From the NCBI GenBank assembly GCA_013316045.1, contig WSNJ01000002.1:743-64742 (forward strand): DNA of 64,000 bases. The letters run 5' to 3'. The position numbers were made by a program, and so were the translations under genes. Below the pieces are notes generated by a model. It was not told the origin of the DNA. It searched no databases and saw only the letters and a list, made by a program, of their open reading frames with translations. This document shows positions 55,008-64,000 of the stretch, piece after piece. Each line of letters opens with the position of its first letter. Within the stretch, counting starts at the first letter, position 1. This DNA comes from Clostridia bacterium. Its GTDB lineage: Bacteria > Bacillota > Clostridia > Christensenellales > Pumilibacteraceae.

Positions 55008-56020
55008 TGGCAGTTTTGGAAATTGCTGTGGAAATCGGTACTTCTTATACGTCCATATTCGTGTCGGGTAACGGCATAGTTCTGAGAGAACCTACCGTTA
55101 TAGCGTTTTTGGGCGAACCGAAACAAAAGAAAATTCGCGCCGTGGGTCAGGCGGCTTATGAAATGCTCGGCAAAACTCCCGAGAAAACGACCGTCGTTTG
55201 TCCCGTAGTAGACGGCTTTATAGCGGACCCCGAAGCGTGCAGTCTGCTTCTCAGGGAATTTATAAAGCGCATTTTACCGCAAAGTTATATTTTCTTCCCG
55301 AAGATAAAAGCCGTTCTCGGAATCCCTACGGGGCTTACTATCGAAGAACGCAGAACTTACGAAGACGTTCTTTTATCGGCGTACATAAAAGAAATAACGA
55401 TGGTCGAGAATATAATTCTTTCGGCTATCGGAATAGATTTGCCCGTAAGCACGACTTGCGGCGGACTTGTAGTCAATATAGGCGGCGGAATTACGGAAGT
55501 GGCGGCTATGTCTTTGAGCGGCGTAGTGTCGGGTTGCGGAGTTACGATAGGCGGTAATCTTATGGATAAGGCGCTTATAGATTTTGCGGCGGGCAAGCAT
55601 AATCTTAAAATGGGACTTAACACCGCGCGCAAGGTAAAAACGGAAATAGGCACGCTTTACGAAAACGATACGGCGGAAATGACCGTAAGCGGAATAGACC
55701 TGCAAACCAAGAACATAGGCACGGCAAAGCTGAAATCTTCGGACGTATGTTCCGTTCTGCGCCCGTATTATGTGAGAATACGCGACGCAATCGAAAGCAT
55801 AATCAAGATGTTGCCGCCCGAAATCGCAAGCGACGTTTACAAGACGGGCATCTACATAGTCGGCGGCGGCGCTAATATAACCGGACTCGAAAAATTCCTT
55901 TCAAGCGAGCTGTCGCTGAACGCTTACGTTCCCGAAGACCCCGAGTATGCCGCAATTCTCGGCGCGGGCAAACTGCTTTCAAACAGGTACCTGTTAGACG
56001 AAATATTATCTCAGAAATAA
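55007..56020 (+). CDS. mreB: MreB-like actin homologue
   Basis: IVLREPTVIAF, PVVDGFIAD, VNIGGGITEVA, YIVGGGANITGL. The phosphate-1 motif is divergent (EIGTS instead of DLGT). SD AAAGGAGAG. Confidence 0.75.
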   Translation: MAVLEIAVEIGTSYTSIFVSGNGIVLREPTVIAFLGEPKQKKIRAVGQAAYEMLGKTPEKTTVVCPVVDGFIADPEACSLLLREFIKRILPQSYIFFPKIKAVLGIPTGLTIEERRTYEDVLLSAYIKEITMVENIILSAIGIDLPVSTTCGGLVVNIGGGITEVAAMSLSGVVSGCGVTIGGNLMDKALIDFAAGKHNLKMGLNTARKVKTEIGTLYENDTAEMTVSGIDLQTKNIGTAKLKSSDVCSVLRPYYVRIRDAIESIIKMLPPEIASDVYKTGIYIVGGGANITGLEKFLSSELSLNAYVPEDPEYAAILGAGKLLSNRYLLDEILSQK

Positions 56021-56033
56021 AACCGTATAAATG

Positions 56034-56066
56034 CGCGTAACCCGAAAAACGGTTGCGCGTTTTTTT
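56034..56066 (+). terminator. intrinsic terminator after mreB
   Basis: CGCGTAACC pairs with GGTTGCGCG (9 bp including one G-U), followed by TTTTTTT. Confidence 0.8.
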
Positions 56067-56159
56067 GTTTTCCGCATTATTCGGCAAAATAGGTTAAAAA
56101 CATATATTTTGTACTCTCCGAACCGTTATATAATTATACGCGACATACGGAGAAGAGAT

Positions 56160-56954
56160 ATGGCAAGGAGTATAGTTATAACATCGGGTAAAGGCGGCGT
56201 CGGCAAAACTACGCTTACGGCAAATCTCGGCAGGGGACTTGCCGCTTTGGGGCAACGCGTCGTATTGCTCGATACGGACCTGGGGCTTAACAATCTCGAC
56301 GTTCTTATGGACGTCGAAAACAAAGTCGTTTACGATATAGTGGACGTTATAGAAAACCGTTGCAGAGTAAAACAGGCGCTTATCGAAGATACCGTCGCGC
56401 ACGGGCTTTTCGTTTTGCCGTCGGCGCACAGCTACGACGGTTCGGCGGTCAACGGGCAGAACATCAAAGCCGTTATAAACATTCTGGCGCAATCGTTCGA
56501 CTATATTCTCGTAGACTGTCCCGCCGGGATAGAAGTAGGGTTTCACCGCGCGGTTCAGGCGTGCGGCGAAGCGATAGTCGTAACAACTCCGCACATTTCC
56601 GCGATACGCGACGCAGACAAGGTTATAGGTCTGCTTAAAAGCTATATGATGAAAAGTATAAGCGTCGTAATCAACAGGGCGCGCGGCGACCTTATACTTA
56701 ATTCTGAAATGGTCGATTACCGCGACGTAAGCAAGATTCTGAAAATTCCGCCGCTCGGAGTTATTCCCGAAGACGACGCAATAAATCTTTTAAGCAATCT
56801 CGGGCTTATGATTAACCCCGACAGCGAAGGGTGGGAAGCTATGGACGTTCTCGCCCGCAATCTGCACTACGGCACGACCGTTATGTACGACGTTACGAAA
56901 AAGTATAAAGGCTTTTGGGGCGGCTTGAAGCGCAACCTAAGGAAAATAATATGA
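56160..56954 (+). CDS. minD: septum site-determining ATPase MinD
   Basis: Deviant Walker A SGKGGVGKTT, DTDLGLNNLD. The start was moved to ATG 56160 (SD GGAGAAG). Confidence 0.9.
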   Translation: MARSIVITSGKGGVGKTTLTANLGRGLAALGQRVVLLDTDLGLNNLDVLMDVENKVVYDIVDVIENRCRVKQALIEDTVAHGLFVLPSAHSYDGSAVNGQNIKAVINILAQSFDYILVDCPAGIEVGFHRAVQACGEAIVVTTPHISAIRDADKVIGLLKSYMMKSISVVINRARGDLILNSEMVDYRDVSKILKIPPLGVIPEDDAINLLSNLGLMINPDSEGWEAMDVLARNLHYGTTVMYDVTKKYKGFWGGLKRNLRKII

Positions 56955-57196
56955 AAACTCGGAGCGAGCTCATTAAAGAACGGCTTAATAACGTTATGCT
57001 TGCCGACCGCGGGAACGGAACGGAAAATCTTATTACAATGCTGAAAAGCGATATTCTCGATTTGCTTAAAAGCTATATGTACACAAATTCCGAAAATGTG
57101 AACGTTGCGCTTAACGTAACGGGCAACGGCGATTACGAGCTTATTGTTACCGCGCGCGGCGACAGACTTATAGACGTCGGAAAAATGATTGACTAA
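56951..57196 (+). CDS. minE: cell division topological specificity factor MinE
   Basis: IKERLNNVMLADR...LKSDILDLLKSY pattern. ATGA overlap with minD. Confidence 0.8.
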   Translation: MKTRSELIKERLNNVMLADRGNGTENLITMLKSDILDLLKSYMYTNSENVNVALNVTGNGDYELIVTARGDRLIDVGKMID

Positions 57197-57312
57197 ACGC
57201 GCATAAATTGCTATATTATTATATAGAGTTTTCTTCGCCGCAGACGGGTTGCTTTCGTTTTTTCGGCGTGGGACTTTTTACGGAATAAAATACTCGGGAG
57301 AATAATTTACAA

Positions 57313-57726
57313 ATGAACGTTGCGCTGATAGCTCACGACAAGAAAAAAAACGATATGATAAATCTGACTTATGCGTATCAGCATATACTCAAAGAACATA
57401 AACTGTTTGCCACGGGAACTACGGGGCAGATGATTCACGACGAAACGGGACTCGACGTTATCCGTTTCAAGTCCGGACCGCTCGGCGGCGACCAGCAAAT
57501 CGGCGCGCTCGTTGCGGCGAATGAAATAGACCTTGTGGTATTCCTGCGCGACCCGCTTACGGCTCAGCCGCACGAACCCGATGTTTCGGCTCTTTTAAGA
57601 CTCTGCGACGTTCACAACATACCGCTTGCGACGAACGTGGCGAGCGGAGAAGTTCTTTTGCGCGCGCTCGGCAGGGGCGATTTGAATTGGCGCAAAGTCG
57701 TAAACCCCGCGTATAACAAAGAATAA
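57313..57726 (+). CDS. mgsA: methylglyoxal synthase
   Basis: [40 protein letters not shown]. Confidence 0.9.
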   Translation: MNVALIAHDKKKNDMINLTYAYQHILKEHKLFATGTTGQMIHDETGLDVIRFKSGPLGGDQQIGALVAANEIDLVVFLRDPLTAQPHEPDVSALLRLCDVHNIPLATNVASGEVLLRALGRGDLNWRKVVNPAYNKE

Positions 57727-57806
57727 GACAAGCAGTATATTTTTCATAACCGCCGCCGAACTCTCATATATATAATGTGAGAGTTTTTTATTTGCGGGTG
57801 GACGCT

Positions 57807-58103
57807 ATGAACAAATACGACGGAATCAGAAAAGTCGAAACGGAGCTCAGCGCGAGCGGCTCGGTCGAAAAGAGAAAGCACGGCGCGGGCGATTTTATTT
57901 TCCGCTTGCTTGCCGCGGCGTTTATTACGGCTGTGCCGTTTTGCATTAAAGCGTTCGGCGGAGATTACGGCGAAAAAGCGGTAAACGCCGTAAAGTCGGC
58001 GATAACTTACGACGTGATTAAGGGCGAAAACGTAGACGGCGCGGAAATAGCGTTTTTGGAACTTATAAAGGAAGTCGGGCAGGAGAATGACGACGAAAAA
58101 TAA
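57807..58103 (+). CDS. hypothetical single-TM protein translationally coupled to the site-2 protease
   Basis: 98 aa with one hydrophobic helix (FIFRLLAAAFITAVPFCI). Its stop overlaps the next ATG (TAATG). Confidence 0.45.
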   Translation: MNKYDGIRKVETELSASGSVEKRKHGAGDFIFRLLAAAFITAVPFCIKAFGGDYGEKAVNAVKSAITYDVIKGENVDGAEIAFLELIKEVGQENDDEK

Positions 58104-58948
58104 TGAAACTCAAAATCTCGCCGCTTCTTATAATTATGGCGTTTACCGTAACCGCATTAGGCTACGGTTACGAGTTTTTCTGTTACGCCGTTACGATAAT
58201 TCTGCACGAAATGGCGCACGCCGAAGCGTCGCGCAGGCTCGGTTATACGCTTAACGTTATAAAACTTATGCCGCACGGAGCGTCGCTTACCGGTGCGTTC
58301 GAGGGCGTAAGACAAAGCGACGAAGTTCTTATTGCGCTCGCGGGACCCGCAATCAACGTTATTATAGCGGTAGTCTGCGTCGCGCTTTGGTGGCTCGTGC
58401 CCGCGTCGTATTTCTTTACGGAAGTTATAGTAACTTCCAACGTTTGCACGGCTGTATTCAATCTCTTTCCGATTTTTCCGCTCGACGGCGGCAGGGCTTT
58501 GCTCGCGCTTTTGTCGCGGAAGTTCAAACGCGAAAAAGTATATAAGGTTATGCGGATAGTCGGCGCGGTTTTTGCGCTTGTTTTCGCGTCGCTGTTTGTC
58601 GCAACGCTGTTTATAGGCGCAAATTTTTCGTTTGCGGCTATTGCCGTGTTTATATTCGTCAGCGCGGTTTTTCCCGACAAAAATTCAAAGTATCAAAGGT
58701 TGTATTCTATGGCGTACAGAACCGAAAAACTCAGAAAAGGACTCGCCGTCCGCGAGATTATGGTAAGTGCGGATACGACTGTTTTGCAGGCAATGCGTAT
58801 GCTTAATTCGGCGTATTTTTACCGCTTTAACGTTATGGGCGAAAATTTTACGAGCTTGGGCATTATCGACGAGCTGAAACTCGAAGCGGCGGCTGTTAAA
58901 TTCGGTAATAATTCGCCGCTTAAAAAGGTTTTGGGTAACGGAGATTGA
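58103..58948 (+). CDS. M50 site-2 metalloprotease with C-terminal CBS-like domain (SpoIVFB-like)
   Basis: HEMAH zinc motif in a TM helix. NLFPIFPLDGG. Its position after minDE matches the B. subtilis spoIVF locus. Confidence 0.75.
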   Translation: MKLKISPLLIIMAFTVTALGYGYEFFCYAVTIILHEMAHAEASRRLGYTLNVIKLMPHGASLTGAFEGVRQSDEVLIALAGPAINVIIAVVCVALWWLVPASYFFTEVIVTSNVCTAVFNLFPIFPLDGGRALLALLSRKFKREKVYKVMRIVGAVFALVFASLFVATLFIGANFSFAAIAVFIFVSAVFPDKNSKYQRLYSMAYRTEKLRKGLAVREIMVSADTTVLQAMRMLNSAYFYRFNVMGENFTSLGIIDELKLEAAAVKFGNNSPLKKVLGNGD

Positions 58949-59010
58949 CTATCGCCGAAAAGTGTGGTACAATATAAGCAGAAACAAAAGATATTCGGTG
59001 AGGCTTGCTT

Positions 59011-60549
59011 ATGACCATAGACGAACTTATCAAAATTTCTTTCGACGGCGCGTCGGCGGAAATGATTGGCCGCACTTTTTTCACGTCGGGTTACTCCAAA
59101 AAAGAAAAAGCCGGATTTATTAAAAGTCTGCTCGAAAAGGAGCGCTACGCTTTTATTGCCGACGTTGTTTGTTGCGGCGCTATAAATAAGGAATATAACT
59201 ATACCGATTTTCACAATTCGCAAATCGGACTTGTTTCGCTCGATTTGAGATATTTTTATATGTTTATCGAAATATGCGAGAACGGTGATATAGCGTTCGG
59301 AGAAATTGCGCCGCTGTTGTTCGCAACGTTTACTGCCCCCGTTTCGTCGCGCCTGCACGGTTGGGCGCCCGCCGCTACTCAGTATCTCGAAAAGCTCGCC
59401 GCCGCCGATTACGACGCGGTTTCCGACGCGCTTGCCGAATACGACAAAAACTACAAGCATTACGGCGTTTTACTTAAAGTAAACAAGGAAAGAACCGTTT
59501 CGATATTGACAGACAAACTGATTTTCGAAAAGAACACTAACAAGGCGGCTATACGTAAGTTCTTGTTCGCAAGCAAAGTGAATATAGTACCCGCTCTCGG
59601 CGAAATTTATACGGGCGCTCAATCGGACGCGCGCGTAAGGGAATCGGTCGTAAGACTTTTGCTTATAAGCAAGCACGACAGAACAGCCGCCGAAATGCTC
59701 GACTATATAGCGCAGAACGACAGGTCGAAAACTATCCGCGCGCTTATAGAGAAAGACGCGACGGCCCAGAAAAAAGTCGGCAAGGGCGAAGAGAATATAG
59801 AAAAGACGAATAAGAAAAACGGCAGGGCAAAGCGGCTTCTCGGCGAAGAAAAGCGTTTTTTCAACGATATGATTTCGGGCAGAGGATACGCGCCCGACGA
59901 ATTTGCGGGTTTTCTGACCGACCCCGAATCGGAAGCCGTGGCGTCGGGGCTTCTGTTTTCCGTCCACGCGCAAAGCGGCGGTATTACCGACGTGGTTATA
60001 GTGGAAAAAGGCAGAATTTACAATCTTGATAACGACCCCGCCGAAATTCCGAAAGACAGAATTATAAAAGTTCTTCACGTGGCGGAGTTGCCCGAAAAAT
60101 ACGAATTTCTCACAAGGCTCAACGTAACTCAGCCGTTCTTGCAGTTAAAGCGCAAAGCCTATGTGCCGAATGCGTCGGAGCTTGCGGATAACCGTTCGCG
60201 CAGACTCGGCGGCACGATAATAATGTCGAAAGATTTGCGCAAGAATATTTCAAAAGAGGGCTTTAAGATAACCGGCAAGGATTCCGAAGGCAAGTCGGGT
60301 TATGCGGGTATTTCGCTCGGCGGATATATTTGTCTTATCGAATTTACGCGCACCGATTTGAGCAGTAACGACAAAATAGTGTCGTTCGGCGACATTAAAT
60401 TTTACAAATACAAGGACGCTATAAAGATAAGCGGCGGATTTTATTTCGAAAACGTGCCCGTTTGCAGAATATCCGAAGTGCCGCTCAGAGTTTTCAGCGA
60501 AGGAATTTACGCGGTTTGCCGCTTGTCGGGGACGTTGAATGAAAGATAA
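59011..60549 (+). CDS. hypothetical 512-aa cytoplasmic protein
   Basis: SD GGTGAGG lies 7 nt before ATG 59011. No catalytic motif recognised. The C-terminal third vaguely recalls DUF4132-type proteins. It overlaps the radical SAM gene by 11 nt. Confidence 0.55.
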   Translation: MTIDELIKISFDGASAEMIGRTFFTSGYSKKEKAGFIKSLLEKERYAFIADVVCCGAINKEYNYTDFHNSQIGLVSLDLRYFYMFIEICENGDIAFGEIAPLLFATFTAPVSSRLHGWAPAATQYLEKLAAADYDAVSDALAEYDKNYKHYGVLLKVNKERTVSILTDKLIFEKNTNKAAIRKFLFASKVNIVPALGEIYTGAQSDARVRESVVRLLLISKHDRTAAEMLDYIAQNDRSKTIRALIEKDATAQKKVGKGEENIEKTNKKNGRAKRLLGEEKRFFNDMISGRGYAPDEFAGFLTDPESEAVASGLLFSVHAQSGGITDVVIVEKGRIYNLDNDPAEIPKDRIIKVLHVAELPEKYEFLTRLNVTQPFLQLKRKAYVPNASELADNRSRRLGGTIIMSKDLRKNISKEGFKITGKDSEGKSGYAGISLGGYICLIEFTRTDLSSNDKIVSFGDIKFYKYKDAIKISGGFYFENVPVCRISEVPLRVFSEGIYAVCRLSGTLNER

Positions 60550-62338
60550 GAATTTTTATAATAAAGTAACCGAATTACTGAAAAAAGTAGATAAACCCGC
60601 GCGTTATTGCGGCGGTGAGTTTAACACACCCGTTATAAAGGAAAACGCCGAACTCAATTTTCTGATGTGTTTTCCCGACGTGTACGAAGTAGCTCTCAGC
60701 AATCTTGGAATAAAGATTCTGTACCATATGCTTAACGCGCTCGATTTCTGCGCTTGCGAAAGCTGTTTTACGCCGTGGGAAGATATGGGAAATCTCTTGC
60801 GCGAGAGCGGGTTGCCGCTGTTTTCTTCCGAAACGCGCACGCCGATAAACGAGTTCGATATTATAGGCTTTTCGATGCAGTACGAGTTATCGTATACCAA
60901 CGTTCTGTATATGCTCGAACTCGGACGGATTCCGCTCGACAAGAAGGACAGAAAAGAAAGCGACCCGCTTATAATAGCCGGCGGACCGTGTATGATTAAC
61001 CCGATGCCGCTTGTAGATTTCGTTGATTTGTTTTCGATAGGGGACGGCGAAGATACGGTTACGGAAATAGCGAAGCTGTACCGCGATATAAAAAAGGCGG
61101 GCGGAAGCAAGTCGGACTTTCTAAAAGCCGCAATAAATATCGAGGGCGTTTACGTGCCGTCGCTTAACGAAGGCAAGGCGCGCCGTGCGATAGTCAAAGA
61201 TTTGGACAAGGCTTTTTATCCCACGAAGATAAAAATTCCGAATATGGAAGCGGTTCATAACAGAGCCGTGCTCGAAATTTTCCGCGGCTGTACGCGCGGT
61301 TGCAGATTCTGTCAGGCGGGAATGATTTACCGACCCGTACGCGAGAGAAGCGTGGATACGCTCGTTAAAACGGCGGAAGAACTTATATACAACAACGGGT
61401 ACGACGAAATTTCGTTCTCGTCGCTCAGTACTTGCGATTATCCGCATTTAAGAGAATTGCTTGCGAAAATCAAGCCCATAACGGATAAAGCCAAAGTAAG
61501 CATTTCGCTACCGAGCACGCGCGTAGACAGTTTCGAAGCCGAATATACCGAAGGTTTGCGCAAAAGCTCTATCACGTTTGCGCCCGAAGCGGGGACGCAA
61601 AGGCTCAGAAACGTTATCAACAAGAACGTAACGGAAGAAGATATTTTCCGCTCCTGCACTTACGCTTTCAAGAAAGGCTATTCTACGGTAAAGCTGTATT
61701 TTATGATAGGCTTGCCGACCGAAACGCAAGAGGACATAGCCGGTATTCCCGCGATTTGCGAGCGGATAAAAAAGCTGTACCGCGAACACGCCGTCGCAAA
61801 GAAACAGCTGTCGCTCGGCGTTTCTACGTCTACGTTTGTGCCTAAGCCGTTTACGCCGTTTCAGTGGGAAAGGCAGATTTCTTTGGAAGAGATACGGCAA
61901 AAGCAAGACTATCTGCGCGACGCTCTCAAAAAAATCAAAGTTAAATACAGTTGGCACGACGGAAAGTCGTCGCGTATAGAAGCCGCTCTCGCGCGCGGCG
62001 GCAAAGAGCTTTCGCCAGTTTTGAAGTCGGCTTATAAAAAGGGTTGTACGTTCGACAGTTGGAGCGAGAAGTTCTCTTACGACAAGTGGATTGAAGCGTT
62101 TGAGGAAAACGGAATTTCGCCCGAAAGATATACGGACGGTTTCGGCACGGACGAAGAACTTTCCTGGGAAGTTATCGACGCGGGCGTTACGAGAAAATTT
62201 CTGCTCGGCGAAAGAGATAAAGCGTATAAGGAAGTTACTACGCCCGATTGCAGGCAGAAATGCCATAATTGCGGAATTGTCGCGCTTACGGGAACGGCGT
62301 GTAAAAATCTGTGCGCCGCTAAGTTGACCGATAAATAG
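60539..62338 (+). CDS. B12-binding-domain radical SAM protein (TIGR03960-like)
   Basis: CTRGCRFCQAG radical SAM cluster motif. Conserved context radical SAM - DUF2344 - RNase E/G. Confidence 0.85.
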   Translation: MKDKNFYNKVTELLKKVDKPARYCGGEFNTPVIKENAELNFLMCFPDVYEVALSNLGIKILYHMLNALDFCACESCFTPWEDMGNLLRESGLPLFSSETRTPINEFDIIGFSMQYELSYTNVLYMLELGRIPLDKKDRKESDPLIIAGGPCMINPMPLVDFVDLFSIGDGEDTVTEIAKLYRDIKKAGGSKSDFLKAAINIEGVYVPSLNEGKARRAIVKDLDKAFYPTKIKIPNMEAVHNRAVLEIFRGCTRGCRFCQAGMIYRPVRERSVDTLVKTAEELIYNNGYDEISFSSLSTCDYPHLRELLAKIKPITDKAKVSISLPSTRVDSFEAEYTEGLRKSSITFAPEAGTQRLRNVINKNVTEEDIFRSCTYAFKKGYSTVKLYFMIGLPTETQEDIAGIPAICERIKKLYREHAVAKKQLSLGVSTSTFVPKPFTPFQWERQISLEEIRQKQDYLRDALKKIKVKYSWHDGKSSRIEAALARGGKELSPVLKSAYKKGCTFDSWSEKFSYDKWIEAFEENGISPERYTDGFGTDEELSWEVIDAGVTRKFLLGERDKAYKEVTTPDCRQKCHNCGIVALTGTACKNLCAAKLTDK

Positions 62339-62366
62339 TTTTTGTGGTAGAATATAAAGATAAGAT

Positions 62367-63014
62367 ATGATAATTTGCAAGTACACGAAAACCGATAACG
62401 CCGTATACGTTCCGCATCTCGATTTGCTGCGCTGTTTTACTATGGCTATGCGGCGGCGGAAAATAGAAGTCAATTTCAGCGAAGGCTACAATCCGCATGC
62501 TAAAATTTATTTCAATCAGCCGCTTCCGATAGGCGCGTCGTCGCTTTGCGAATACTTTTGCGCGGACGTAAACGAAAGCGCGGATAAATTCGCGGAAAAG
62601 CTGAACGCGTCGTTGCCCGCGGGAATCGTTATTCTGAAATGCGCCGAAACGGACGTAAATCCGAACGTTGCGAATATGATGTTTTCGGCGGACTATACGG
62701 CGGAGTTTTCTTCACCCGTGCTTAAAGGGAAAGATTTTTCGTCGCTTTCGGAACAGAGCGAACTGAATATAACTTACGTAGCGAAAGGCAAAGAGATTAC
62801 CAAAAACGTGAGCGAAACCGTTTTGAGCGTTAAAAACGACGACCGCTTTGCGAATATGCGTTTAAGGTGCGGCAACGTGAATTTACGCGCCGACAGGCTT
62901 GCTTCGCATATTCTGAAACTTTGCGGTGCGGAAAATACGCCTTTTTGCGTTGTTAAAACGGCGGTTTACGATTGTAATAACGTAAATTTGGATAAAATTT
63001 TCTTCGGAGAGTAA
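62367..63014 (+). CDS. radical SAM-associated DUF2344 (TIGR03936-like) protein
   Basis: YVPHLDLLRCFTMAMRRRKIEVNFSEGYNPHAKIYFNQPLPIG pattern. Confidence 0.75.
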   Translation: MIICKYTKTDNAVYVPHLDLLRCFTMAMRRRKIEVNFSEGYNPHAKIYFNQPLPIGASSLCEYFCADVNESADKFAEKLNASLPAGIVILKCAETDVNPNVANMMFSADYTAEFSSPVLKGKDFSSLSEQSELNITYVAKGKEITKNVSETVLSVKNDDRFANMRLRCGNVNLRADRLASHILKLCGAENTPFCVVKTAVYDCNNVNLDKIFFGE

Positions 63015-63016
63015 TT

Positions 63017-64000
63017 TTGAAACGCGGGCAAATTCTTATCGATATAGAAAAAACGATATCGAGCGTGTCGCTTATAGAAGACGGCAGGCTTAACGAGTAC
63101 TACGTCGAATACAAAGAGAATAACCTTATTACCGGCAATATCTACAAGGGAAAGGTAGTGAACGTATTGCAGGGTTTGCAGACCGCTTTCGTCGATATAG
63201 GGTTGCAGAAGAACGCGTTTTTATACGTCGGCGAAACGCTCGACGATAAGGGCAATTTGCGCAAGAGCGGCGTAATTCCGCAGGAGCTCCATATTAAAGA
63301 AGGCGACTTCGTTATGGTTCAGGTTACGAAAGAAGAAACGGAGACGAAAGGAGCGCGCCTTACGATGAACCTGTCGCTTCCGGGGCGCTACGTGGTTTAC
63401 TTGCCCACGCTCGATTTTATCGGTGTTTCCAACAAGATAACGGACGAGAATCAGCGCAATAAGCTGAGCCGCTTGCTTGAAAAGTTCAGAGTCGGGAAAG
63501 AAGGATTTATTGCGCGAACCGTTTGCGCCGACGCGAAGAAAGGCGAAATTTTGCGCGAAGCCGAGAGCTTGCGCCGTCAGTATTCCGATATAAAAGCGGC
63601 GTTCGACGCGGCGGTAGGCATTGCGCCCATTCACTCGGAAGGTAATTTGCTTTTCCGCACGGTGCGCGATATGCTGTCGCACGATATAGATGCGGTGATA
63701 TGCAACGACTACGACACCGTAGAGCGGTTTAAGCAGGATTTCAAAAAGAAGAAATCGCCTTTCTGCGATAAGATTCAGTATTACGAAAGCGATTACGATA
63801 TGATGGACGTATTCGGTATAAGCCGCGAACTCGATTTGCTTTTGGAGCGGAAAGTCGCGCTTCCGTCGGGCGGTTCGCTCGTAATCGACAAGACCGAAGC
63901 CCTTACGGCGATAGACGTAAATACGGGCAGATTCCGCGGTCAAGGCGACCACGAAGAAACGGTTTTCCTTACGAATATGGAAGCCGCACGGGAAATTGCG
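63017..64000 (+). CDS. Rne/Rng family ribonuclease (RNase G/E), 3' end beyond window
   Basis: TTG at 63017. S1 domain GNIYKGKVVNVLQGLQTAFVDIG. The frame is open to the window edge, so it is not in the ORF track. Confidence 0.85.
   Translation, partial: MKRGQILIDIEKTISSVSLIEDGRLNEYYVEYKENNLITGNIYKGKVVNVLQGLQTAFVDIGLQKNAFLYVGETLDDKGNLRKSGVIPQELHIKEGDFVMVQVTKEETETKGARLTMNLSLPGRYVVYLPTLDFIGVSNKITDENQRNKLSRLLEKFRVGKEGFIARTVCADAKKGEILREAESLRRQYSDIKAAFDAAVGIAPIHSEGNLLFRTVRDMLSHDIDAVICNDYDTVERFKQDFKKKKSPFCDKIQYYESDYDMMDVFGISRELDLLLERKVALPSGGSLVIDKTEALTAIDVNTGRFRGQGDHEETVFLTNMEAAREIA

Overview
64-kb chromosomal segment that looks like a Bacillota/Clostridia-type anaerobe. Supporting gene content: rnfCDGEAB, NfnAB-like pair, ECF RibU behind an FMN riboswitch, SpoIVFB-like and PdaB-like sporulation genes. 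I call about 60 CDS, almost all on the + strand. Most are housekeeping: trkAH, nfo, degV, apbE, tyrS, ilvE, metY-like, malic enzyme, nth, obg, tsaEB/rimI, a murF-like ligase, ppx, maf, mreB, minDE, mgsA, and a radical-SAM/DUF2344/RNase G cluster. Spot GC counts on single 60-nt lines give roughly 43-55 % for the backbone. The left ~5.4 kb is accessory. It holds an AT-richer PEBP gene (32 %) and an AT-richer MerR + ABC efflux cassette (35-40 %). Between them sits the most unusual feature, a compact circovirus/CRESS-type replication module. It consists of a perfect stem-loop whose loop carries the canonical nonanucleotide TAGTATTAC (1628-1636), lying 48 nt upstream of an HUH + SF3-helicase Rep (1693-2730). 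Around it are iteron-like repeats, a second origin-like hairpin, a sigma-region-4-like HTH gene, and imperfect direct repeats ~2.3 kb apart that may delimit an integrated circular replicon. No capsid gene or integrase is visible in the window. Other points worth a second look: a single-ORF NadD-YqeK-RsfS fusion; a MurF-type ligase whose N-terminal domain is replaced by a polytopic membrane domain; two very large C-terminally anchored surface proteins (1199 aa with CBM-like repeats and a repeated Y-x-EFDD tail motif; 906 aa with beta-propeller/SH3-like regions); three promoters placed so that the mRNA would be leaderless; and a recurring AAATATACAAAAA motif. All calls come from reading the translations and the DNA by eye. 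No database search was run.
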